Positions 24,728 through 35,275 are shown, counted from the first letter of the stretch. The stretch: 42,311 nucleotides of DNA from Phoronis australis (GCA_002633005.1 NMRA01000566.1:230944-273254), one strand, 5' to 3'. Made by a program: numbers and translations. Notes: generated by a model not told the origin, from the letters alone.

Positions 24728-26393
24728 GCAGCGAGGAAAACACCAATCTTTATGTATGTACTAAGCAAGCCCAATACTATCGAAATCACACTGGTTTCAT
24801 ATTCACACATGCCATATCCTTTGCTTGAATTCCCATTGAAAATGTCCAAAATCAGCCCGTTGAAAATTCGCAAAATTCTCAGTTTTATTTAAATGAAAAT
24901 GTCTATGTTAAATATCAAACATGTTTCTCAGTCTTAAGGTCAGACACATTCGCAGAAAAAAATCATACTCACTCCTAATTTTCAAGATGTCTCAACAGTG
25001 TTTCAAAGTTTACAACTTTTTCACTGAAATACAGCCATTTTTGCAAGATCAGTATGTAAACGAAAACGAGGCTTGGGTCAGAAAAATCCAAGGTGGTTTG
25101 GTGCATAAGTCGGCGTAGTCCAAGCCCTCATAAAGTTTCAGACAGGTCTGTGACGTGGATGTAGAGCCACCTGTTGGTGCTCTTGGTACTTAAGTGAAAT
25201 GTAGCTTTGAATTCCGAAAATGTGTATATTTCAATATACAAGTTTTGTTTTTAGTAAAATGATGTCACATTGAAAGGGTATCTTGTGGAATTATGTTTAA
25301 TAAAACTACATGTAGCCAGCTTTAAAATTAATCTTGAATAGTTTTCAACATGAAGCATGAACAGAAGTGTAATCACAATAGCGGACTTTTCATACTGGCG
25401 TTCTCTGCAGTAATGAGCACGAGAACACGACTTTCGCGTGATCCAGACTCAGATTCGCTGGACAGAAATTCACAATTACATAGTGGTTCATTAATTTAAA
25501 GACACTGGAATAAATCTTATTGTAAGAATATCTCATCATTTGATTAGATTGAGTTCACTTATTTATTTTAGCTTGCTGACTATGGCTATGCAGCACAGAT
25601 TCTCTTTCGCAGTGGGAGATGCATGGTACATGATGTCCTTCATCCAAGTATATTTCAAAAGGTTCGCCTTCTTCCGTAACCCATTTCTACATCCCACCGC
25701 ATATCAGTGGAAATATTCCGGTGTTATGATAGCAGGAGAGATGTTAAAATGCTATTCATCACCAGTAGGTTGACACCTCCCGGCTGCATTACATGACAGC
25801 TGTACATGTACATGTAGGTGGCAGTAAACACGAGTTCTCCTGATCGCCGTCTTTGGGCATAGTGAATTTCAATATGGTGAGGTTATTTCGAAAGTCAGCT
25901 ATTACATTGCGGACCAGAATTACCAGAACAACATTTAATTTTAAGATCTCAAGATATTTGGTGGGCGAACGGACACAACAAGAAGAACTAACTTCACATT
26001 TGACAACAACAGTTACAATCATTTTAGAAATGAAATAAGTGTCATCGCATGATGTGACTACTATAGCCGGTACAACAGCCTACCGTTCAGTAACGCTAGG
26101 ACCTCGCTAAACAGCAAGACTTCGTGGGATTACGTGAGATACTGCCATGTATTTTGAATGAGAACACGTTATTATTCTCAATTTCCGTAATTTCAGATTC
26201 CTGTACGTGTGCATCAGTTCAAGAACGATCTGAGTGACGACTACGTTATCTTTGAAATTGTATAGTTACCACCTGAGTGTAAAAACGTAGTTATTTTCTT
26301 TGGTTATTTTTTGTTCACTTTTTGGTTCATATTGTTTTAATGATTCTCTATTGCCAATTGTTTCGTCATTATTTAATGTAATAGCAAGCTGAT

Positions 26394-26474
26394 ATTGGTG
26401 AATGTGCCCCAACTCATCGGGAAGGTAAGGCAACTTGCCTTACCTTCCCGATGAGTTGGGGCACATTCACCAAT
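26394..26474. repeat. Perfect palindrome: 40-bp arms with a 1-nt spacer
   Basis: attggtgaatgtgccccaactcatcgggaaggtaaggcaa, then c (26434), then the exact reverse complement. It extends a further 5 bp (agctg/cagct) past a 2-nt bulge. Confidence 0.97.
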
Positions 26475-26954
26475 CAGCTAATAGACTTTGGTAATACGTT
26501 AGAAGAAAAAAATAATCTAGCTCTGAAAGTGTATTTTCTTCGACTCAATCGCGTGAAATCGGGACCAAAACTGCTATCAGCTGAAAGACATTATTAGTGT
26601 TGTGTGCGACGTGTTAAAACATGAAACCCTTTCATTTTACACGGGTAGTTTAAACTGTTTTAATTTAACGCGCTCCTACAAAACTTACATCCTTATACGA
26701 CTTGAAGCCCTCAAAGTAGTTCAAAAACTGTTCAAGTCTAAAACGTTTTCTGAAACGACGAATTGAAACTTTTTAAATTAGGAAACGAGTTTTCAAGGGC
26801 TTGAAAACTTGACAAAGACCTAACATTTGTAGTGGATCGTGTAGTTACAGTACTATCTCATTTAGCTCCTAGCCATTTAAAGCGATGCAGTTGAGTAGGT
26901 GATAAACAGTAAACTTGTTGCTACTGAGCTGTAAGCTATTTTGTGCATAAAGAT

Positions 26955-29900
26955 TTATTGTTGACCAAGTGGAACACAGACACACTCATGTTCAACCACT
27001 GGCAAAGTTATCCAAGGACAATCCGCATCACGGTCACATCTAACATCGCGTTCGGAAGTCATTCGCCTAGTCACACATCTGCCGTCGAAGGGTTTCCCGT
27101 TCTTGTCTAGCTCACGGCATTTTTCCCTGAAAAGAGTACAATTCAACATATCACGAAAAAAGATTTATATCGCCAAAAGCACCTGTTGGGCTTAGGCGAA
27201 TATTGGGGTAGGAAGCAGAAGGGGAGAGGGTGGGGCGAGATAGCTTCCCGCAATACTCCGTGTGGTATAACGTAACAGTTATTCAATAATTAGTTATTAA
27301 ATCTTTCGTACATGAAATCAAAATTGACCAATTCTTGTGTTGCATGGTTGTTTTGAGAGATGCTTTACTGAAATGTCCGTGAAATGCAACATCCGTAGGT
27401 TATCGAATGAGATCACCCCCAATGTCCACGGTAAAGCTCGGTATGGTATACTGGCGGGCCGTCCGGCAGCGTTATCACATGTGGCGTGTGCACGGACTCT
27501 ATTTATTTTGCATACTAGACTGTTACGTCTTAACTGAAATCAACTGCAGTAAGTTAATTCTTGATTGCTTTGTGTTGCCCAGACAGCCAAAGCTAAATAG
27601 ATGCGCACAGCCTCATAAAGTCTTTGAACATAACATTTTGGTTACTTGGAAGAGATAAAAGTTATCCCAATGTCACATCCTACACCCTTACACAAAGTTG
27701 ACTATTTGTGTTATATTAATCAAAGCTAACCACAGGTCATGGGCAAGGTAACCGCACGCAATAAATCCGAACCTTCATATCAGTGCGTGCGCACAGAAAC
27801 TAGACCTTTCCAAACCCTCTGCTTCAAGAAGCATCCCTGGTTGAACCTCTTGTGTGATGTGAAATGCTGTCTACTGCATTCAGACAAAAAACTGTTAACA
27901 TTAAGCTAGAAATTGATGGAACAATTATTCATTGAGTATGTTTCTCAAAACTGGAAAAAAAAAACAAGTGAACGTTTTCTCGATCATGAAAACGAAGATA
28001 CCAGGTAACGGTAGACAATTTCAAGTTTTGTTGTTCCAGTGCAGCAGTGAACATTTCCACTTAGATGTCTGGAAAAAAAGAAAAGGGATCAAGCAATACA
28101 CAGAGTTATGGTCCTCAAACAGTTGTCAAGTCTAAAATTTTTATTGCCTCAAAGTCTAGACATTCTTGTTCACAAACCAGAAGAAGGTAATGAATTCGAT
28201 TATTGAAGTTTCAGAGTGAATTCTCGCTAAATCTGCTGCGACAGCTGGAGGCAAATAATCAACATTTGACGCCGGATACAATCAATGACAATTTCCAGTA
28301 CGGCAGCTGTTGAGCGTTTACCCATGATAGTTGGTTTGCTATTTTGGCAGATGAAGTGAGAGGTATTTCAATTCTGGAGCAGCTGTCTCCTTGTGTAAGA
28401 CATGTCGTCCGGACGACAACTTGATAGAATTTGAAATTTAGAACTTTCCTCACATTAATCAATGTAACATCAACTCAAGCGGATCTCATTGCAGCAGCTA
28501 CTCAAGACGTTTTGATACGTTACACGCACATGCACATCTTTGATATTTAGAAAAGAATTTCCCAGTTAACAAAATGATCGCTGAAACGCATGATACTGTT
28601 CAAACGCTGGAAGGAATAAATTAACGGTGTGGTGGAAACATCAGACCTTCGTGACCAGATAGAATGTCCGGGTAAGGGCTAGTAAAGTCGTACTAGGAAA
28701 CTAGGAATGCATTATGAAGCAAATAAACAAGACTTGAGCAACACCATTAATATCTAAAAAAGATGGAGGAGTGTTAGCTCAACTGGAATAATTCTCCACA
28801 TATTTTGGCTTGCGACTTCCATATACAGTTTCTAGCTCCACTCCATAGAGTAGATGTCTACTATAGTTTAATGCAAAGACAACTCCGTTCAAGGCGAATA
28901 AGTTCACACAACAGCACTCTCTGAAGTTAAGAAGGGAATGAACGTTCCCTTCCCTTTTCGTCGACGTGTGCGTGAAAGCAAGATATCTCATCAACGAACC
29001 TGTGCTGCCAACGTATGACGTGCAAGCACCAAAGAGGATTGAAGAGGAACAATCTGTACCTCACTGGTTTTCTTCTCTCAGGGAATATTTTCGCCGTGCA
29101 GGTGAACTGTGGGATACTCGACAAGGTAATAGGAGAAATGGATGAGCACTTCGACCAAAAGTCTTTGTACCCCTTAAGCCATTTAAGAACTTCGTGCAAT
29201 AGAGCTCAGTGAAGAGACGACATTGAAATACCTGACGTGACCAGTAACAGTTACAGGTAAGATCTTGACCTGCGAAAGTTAAGTCACCAGCTTTGTTTTC
29301 TTCCTGATCTTAGTGATATGGCAAAATGCAGCCCTGCGTTTGCTAACTTAAGAAGAGTGACTAGTATTCGCAAATTGGTGAGCTTCATGCAAGAGTTGTC
29401 AGCCGCCAGGAAGATGCTAAGTGAAGTTCAGTCTTTGGTAAGACGATACCTAACGATCCCAGTTATCGCAACGACAGCGTAAAGAGGCTTCTCGTCATGC
29501 ATCCGCTTAAATTCAAGTCTGAGGTAGTCCACGACACTGAAAAGACTGACCAACGTGGAGGAAGGAAGCGACAGACTCACTGTGTCTAAGAGATATAGCA
29601 TGTTTCAGCCAACGACATGATTGCTGTGTCATTCTTCATCTTCTCTTGGAGTATTATTCTTAAGTAGGTCCATACATGTATGTCTTTTTTGCTGTGTGAA
29701 ATTTCGGGTAAAGAATTGTAATATGCATACATATGTACGAGCATACATACATGAAGGCATACATAAATACATACTCACATACACACACATACATACATAC
29801 ATTTGCACTGCATACATGTACAGATATACATACATACATGCATGCATACTTATATACATGTACATACATACATGTGCATAGATGTATGTCCTCAACTTTT

Positions 29901-31072
29901 TAAACATCTCCTACTTAACACTTACCTATCTAGATCGCACTTTGAATCCACAAACGGTATTCGCAGTTTGTAGCACATCTTTATCTTTGTTACTTGTTCG
30001 ATTGTTTTTATGCAAGGTTGAAGCTCTTCGTTGTTCTGGCAATCAGCGCCAGAGCAGGTTTGGTTTGTTCCAGGGGAGGCAGTAGTTCCAGGGTTAGAAC
30101 TGCCACCACCTGGCTCTGAACAGTCGCAAGTATGGCTACAGTTGCAAGTGCAAGTATGAACAACTTTGTCAGTGTTATGATCTGATTCCCGTTTCTCAAC
30201 ATCGGTAACTGCCCCGGGCTTTGAGACGACTATTTTCATGAGGGTGACGTATGTCAGCAGCGTAACCTAGGTGAAAATATAGTGACACTGAGGCCAGAAA
30301 ACATCGAAGTATTTCGTCTACTCATTGAGTTGTGACAATATTTCTCAGAATCTTGGTAACACTCCACGACCGGCGCTGAATCCCGACATTTATCTTATTG
30401 TCACATAAGCGTTGAATCCTCTCGAGGGAAATACGGCCATGCAATAATGTTTTCTGTATTCACCTCCCGCACTGCTTCAACAGTGACCTCTGACATTGAA
30501 GGTTCAAAAGGTACATGTAGGTCAATGTCGACTCGACGTCGTTAGCCGGTTAGATCATCAAACTTTCGGAAAATAGCTTTAAGTAATACAATTGTAGCAG
30601 TGTAAATATCAATCAACATGCAACCAGGTCTCAGTCGTAACATCTGGAACAGGACTGTTAATTATACGACAGTTCTGTCTCAGTTTTCAATCGCTAAGAC
30701 ATATCGTCTGCAACTCAGGCACCAATTCTTCGCCAATATCAAACACTGTTGTCACTGGCCATGACGGCACCCGATACTATCGGCGACAGTATTACACGAG
30801 CAGTATCGACGACCGTCCCAGCAACACGTGATCCTATCCATGCTACAGAATCCGTAGCCAGCCAGCTAGCTGTATCAACAGACTGTCGTGTATTTAATAT
30901 ACAGCTTTGTACCAAGGCTGCAGAATCCGTAGAAATGCGACAACGTACCTGCAACAACGCTACATCAGACATATTCGCCGGAGCTGTATGTCCAAAAAAG
31001 TGAATTAGTGAAATATGCTGTTTTTAAGATACATTTGAAAAAAGAAGCCACTCACTCACAGTTTGTTATCAT
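26955..31072 (-). CDS. Secreted cysteine-rich cystine-knot-like precursor, 186 aa (178 aa from the second Met); coding exons 31072-31060, 30983-30949, 30266-29926, 27126-26955
   Basis: Canonical donors (GTGAGT, GTACGT, GTAAGT) and acceptors (catacag, ttttcacctag, ctcttttcag) with phases 1,0,2 give a 561-nt open frame: MITNSPANMSDVALLQVTLLTYVTLMKIVVS-KPGAVTDVEKR-ESDHNTDKVVHTCTCNCSHTCDCSEPGGGSSNPGTTASPGTNQTCSGADCQNNEELQPCIKTIEQVTKIKMCYKLRIPFVDSKCDLDREKCRELDKNGKPFDGRCVTRRMTSERDVRCDRDADCPWITLPVVEHECVCVPLGQQ*. It has a signal peptide, a dibasic site, 16 Cys and a terminal CxC. Confidence 0.8.
27740..29600 (+). pseudogene. Decayed hAT transposase (TTF zinc finger / DUF4371 / hAT dimerisation; ZMYM1-like type) in intron 3 of the cystine-knot gene
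   Basis: RPFQTLCFKKHPWL, QNWKK..ERFLDHE, WFAILADEVRGISILEQLSPCVRHV (28332-28406), VTR*NVRVRA, EPVLP, ILDKVIGEMDEHFDQ and YLTIPVIATTA*RGFSSCIRLNSSLR*STTLKRL (29447-29550). Many stops and frameshifts. Confidence 0.9.
29722..29890. repeat. Degenerate (TACA)n/(CATA)n simple repeat
   Basis: Tract of catacatacat/tacatgta variants. Confidence 0.9.
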
Positions 31073-31183
31073 ATTGTGAATACGAACTCGTCCGGGTATT
31101 CGTTTGACGTTCGTAAGCAGACGAACGCTGGAAACTTCAACGCCAGATGTCGCAGGACCGCGCAGAAGAGGAAATAAGATCGT

Positions 31184-31231
31184 TCACGACTTTAGGGCAC
31201 TCACGACTTTAGGACCTCTGACGGTATATAT
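31184..31231 (-). promoter_or_regulatory. Candidate core promoter of the cystine-knot gene
   Basis: TATATA at 31230-31225 on the minus strand, about 155 nt upstream of the first ATG. A duplicated 13-mer tcacgactttagg (31184-31196, 31201-31213) lies at the expected start site. Confidence 0.4.
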
Positions 31232-32029
31232 CCAAAACCGTGCCGTGTCTATCCAATATCGTTCAAATTGAACTGATCTCTGTTTACTTTGTACGTGCAG
31301 GAAGCTAGTTTATTTCGTCTCCATATGAACCTAAGCCTTTAATTCGAATTTGGGTGCATGATCCGTGTGAGAAACACAATTACAGTGTATAGCTAAATAG
31401 ATCGTAATATTATGATTTGCCATTGGAGCTAAGACTTGAATTTCTATCGTCCATAGCATTAGCCGGTGGTTGACATGTGTAGAGTATTACACGAAAAAAG
31501 GCGAAACGAAACGAGACATAATGAGGCTTATTCAGCAGAATACTCCTTCGAGGGAAATAGGTTTACACATGTATGCCCACACAAGTATTACACATGCCCA
31601 TTTAACATTTGTTTGAGTTGGTATATTTTGTTTCATAGAAATGCTTTGGAACACAACACTGGCGATTCTAGCTTCCTAAAATTTCTTCCACACGTCGGAA
31701 CAACACGCGCTCTTAAATTTTACATAGTGCATTAATTCACGAATGCTCGTTGCAATAATGAAGAGGAGGAAGATAGAATCGTCCGAAGTTAATGGTTGTC
31801 TTGAATGGCATTTGAATTATTACAATTTAAGTTTGTTTATAGGCCACAGCATAGCTTGATCCGTAAGACGACAAAACAAAATTAAAATGCACAGATTACT
31901 CCAGCGGAGATATTTTTTTACGTGAGCAAGAGACCGTGAAAATGTGTTCAGGGCGCACAGTAATATATTTATTTTTTTGCATCACCGCTGAACTATGGAA
32001 CAGGCCTAGTGTCACTTTGTGAAGAGTCA

Positions 32030-32410
32030 TTTCTGACACGTGACCTTGCTCGCACCCAGCCTAAATAATGGGGGCTCAAATTTTTGAAAGTGCGAATCTT
32101 TTACTAAAAACGATGTCCGTTCACAACTAAGAACTGTGCATTCGCCGAATTTAGGTAGTTCGTGCCTTTTTAGTGTACTTTTGTCCCGTTTTCTACTTTT
32201 TAGTTTTTGTTTTTCTGAAGTGGACCTTTTGCCCACTTTGCCGAATAGAGTTCCGAAGATTTGTTCTTTGACGAGCGCGAACACGTGTTCGACAAATGGC
32301 CGGCTGTGTTACTGCAGCGTTAGCGTGTGAGCAATGACGTGTCACCATGCTCGCACCCAGGGAGATTTCGGGGGCTCGAATGTGCTCCCCCCCCCATAAT
32401 AGCGCCAGTG
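32030..32410. mobile_element. hAT-like MITE remnant with an internal duplication
   Basis: The end reads gctcccccccccataatagcgccagtg (rc CACTGGCG...). The motif tgctcgcacccag...gggggctc occurs twice (~32046 and ~32348). Confidence 0.4.
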
Positions 32411-32463
32411 GCGGGCTCACATAATTATCTGGCTGCCGCCACTTAATTGAACGCCAGTAAAGG

Positions 32464-33510
32464 CACACGTGACTGAAAATAATTTTCTCATCAATAGGTA
32501 CATTAAATACGACAAGCATGCATGCATGTTCTTTCCGGCAGTCTCCAAACCCCTTCTTTCGGAAAATGCAGTTCTTGATGTACATGTGTATTACATTCTG
32601 CCTGCCTCTGACAGAACAACGTACAGTGTGATCTTATTACATAATTTACTAGGTCATTTGCCTCGCCAGCGACTTCTTTACTGTGATTTTAACTTTCCTA
32701 TAGATAGCTATATTTTAACAAGGCTCTGTTCATTTCACATTGCTCCGTTTTGTTTGTTTTCGACAAAGCATGTACAGTAGGCCTAGCACAACAAAAAATT
32801 ACTACAACCTACTGTACGGTAATAAGTTACTGTGAACTGCGGTAAAACGGTTATGGAAACAAACAATACATTTACATGTACGTTTAAAAGAGACTTCTGA
32901 ATATGGTATGGTATTATTCTTATACTGATACTGTTTGCAAAATTGTGTTGCAAAAACAGGAAACAAAGCATCAGTTTTGAATGGAACTCATAATAAAATT
33001 TTAATGAGTGTAACAAAAGTATGGCATAGAAATTCGTGAACAACTTACTGAAAATATGAACTTCATCGCCAGGTGTTCTGATCGTTGTAGTCCGTCAAAA
33101 TTGACTCGTTCCTGCTGCTTCAAGTTTCTTGCATTGCACTATTATATATGCATGCGTATGCATACAGGGTGTTTCAAAACTGTGGGACACCAATGGCTTC
33201 CCTATACAGTGTAGGCAACTATGCACGTCTGTTGTAGACAAAATGAATCGTGTCACTGAGTTTTTAATTGTAAGTTAACATTTCAAAAGTTTTCTGTTAA
33301 TGCTTAATGGAAGAGATACAAAGCCCTCTGAGAAACAAAATAACTGACGGTCAGTTGTCACTGTTACACATTCCCAGGGACAAAAGCACTGATTTAGACT
33401 GCATTGTGACAGACAGTCACCAAGGCCATAGGAAGACTGTCTTTGTGTTTTTAACATATACGGCCTGAGCACGTTCAAAACAATTTACGGCAATTAGAGA
33501 GGCTATCCTT
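32464..33510 (+). repeat. Interspersed ~1-kb repeat, copy 2 (copy 1 at 13471-14438)
   Basis: Colinear with copy 1 over its length and in the same orientation. Confidence 0.9.
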
Positions 33511-34107
33511 TAAGAACGCAAACACTGCTAAAAGTTTTTGGCGGCATGTTTAACTGTATGGGAAAGTACTCTGTAAATGAATATGTCGTAGACAAAAATG
33601 ACGACGCCATGTCAGTTGCAGTTGGATTTTACATAACTATGCTATTCTGTAAAATTTGTGTAATTATACTGTAAGTGCACTATTAACTTGTCCGTTAGAA
33701 CTGTTCAAGGTCCCAGGCTATGGTTTCTGTTTTCTATCGGACTATCGGGCATGCCCAGTGGCGTCGTTCACGGTTTCGAGTTGAGCATGCGGAGCAGTTG
33801 CAAATGCGAGTGGTGGAGAACTAAGTGGAGCAAGCCGATTTTTATATTAGCTTCTATTTTCACTGTTAAAATGCATGTCTAAGTCGCGAATACGATGATG
33901 AATTTATCCAATCAGCACCAGATATTTTACGAAGTTAGCTTTTATCCCTCGGTTCTCTGCCTCTCTGATGCGGGGTTGATTTGTGATCACAATGTTGGTA
34001 AATTTCAAAAAAAGTAACGACACTTAAATATCCATACAGTACATTACACCCTAAGCAGAAACTTAAGTGTCAATAACATCGTACCCACATTACCTTAAAG
34101 TGCTTAA

Positions 34108-34800
34108 AGAGTACACACCATGACCAGAGACAAAAAATTTAACAATTATTATTCTGTTATCAGGGTTGTACGTAATGGGTGAGAGGACCGTTTCCGCCGT
34201 TGTCGTTTCATACCAGTGCGATACTGAGGAGTTGTGAGGAAAGTGCGGAAGCCGCATTTTTCAGACATAAATAAGTGCATTTGTAAATGATTTAGTTACA
34301 GCAACTTGACTGAGAACGTTTTTGTGTTCAAATTTCCTAAATACGTGAAAGTTGCACAGAAATGGCATGGGTTTGTGCGCCGCACGACAGTGTGGAATGT
34401 CAGGCAGCGTGGAACGTGCGATTCAATCGTGAGACAGACTTGGTTCGGCACATTTCAAGGACCTAGCACAAAAGCGGCGTTACGATGAAGGACTCGCCAC
34501 CTTATAAGTGTATTAATGCAAATTTTATAAATAAGGAGCAAACTGCTTCCATTCTAGGGCCAGTGATAGGCTTTCGAACCTGGCCGAAATTGAGTGCTAC
34601 GACACGTACATGTAGGCTGATGAAATGCATCGTGTTTAGACCGTGCTCATTCCATTATAGCAATAGCCAATACGGGTGACTCAGGTTTACTGTGGCCTTT
34701 GTCAGTGATTATTATTGATCGTAATCTATTTTGCCCGGGGTACGCCACGAGCTATGTTGCAGAATAAAAAAGAAGAGGATTGCGAATAATGTCAGTTTTG
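34108..34800 (+). mobile_element. Left part of a Kolobok-type element with a THAP remnant
   Basis: TTAA (34104-34107) followed by AGAGTACACACCATG. THAP-like INKCICK*FSYSNLTENVFVFKFPKYVKVAQKWHGFVRRTTVW at ~34267-34395. Confidence 0.6.
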
Positions 34801-35089
34801 ATGACGTAAATAGATTAAACTAAATAAGACTCTGCAAGATGGGCATGGAGAAGACGCCATAATGACAGCATGGGAATGCTGACATCGCCCATCCGAGGAA
34901 GCGGAATCCCCGGGCAACAACAAGGTTAGACCTTGATAAAATATAGGTTCTAATAACAGTATAACGGAAAATTAGAATACTAAAGTCTAGAATATAAAAA
35001 AAACTAGAATATAGAAAATTCGAATATAACAAACAGCTAAGCAAAATGCAACAATGGAGTAACTATAACTAATGAATAGAAATTGCAAA

Positions 35090-35256
35090 GCCTGCAACTA
35101 CAGACCTTTGGCCGCAGGCTCTAACAACAGACCTGCGAACGGGAGGAGACCGGCTGCAACAACAGACCTGACCTAGGGGGCTGAAATAACAGACCCAGAG
35201 CAATGGGAGGGGCTGAAAAGAAAAGTAAGAGAAATGGGGAGCTGCAACAACAGGCT
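35090..35256 (-). repeat. Array of six ~17-bp repeats (consensus GGCTGCAACAACAGACC on +) with dissimilar 10-18 bp spacers
   Basis: Copies start at 35090, 35117, 35152, 35179, 35211 (degenerate) and 35240; period 27-35 bp. Confidence 0.7.
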
Positions 35257-35275
35257 CGTCGGGAGTTCAGGAAGC

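Noticed and set aside
29621-29907. ORFs rich in Y/M/C/V/H
   Set aside because: They are translations of the TACA simple repeat.
30008-30202. Minus-strand ORF with signal-peptide-like LTKLFILALATVAILATVQSQ
   Set aside because: It is a shifted frame of the Cys/Thr-rich exon 3; TGC/ACT codons read out of frame give L/A/V. The other frame splices cleanly on both sides.
30462-30494. Alternative first coding exon MSEVTVEAVRE|gtgaat for the cystine-knot gene
   Set aside because: It is phase-compatible, but has a weaker donor and a poorer signal peptide than MSDVALLQ|gtacgt, which also has its own acceptor and an in-frame upstream exon.
30700-31003. Plus-strand ORF 30749-31003 and a GTRYYRRQ motif resembling a Gypsy integrase tail
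   Set aside because: There is no further retroelement signature; it lies antisense to intron 2 and exon 2 of the cystine-knot gene.
35090-35256. CRISPR interpretation of the repeat-spacer array
   Set aside because: The context is a eukaryotic retrotransposon, repeats (17 bp) and spacers (10-18 bp) are too short and degenerate, and there are no cas genes.
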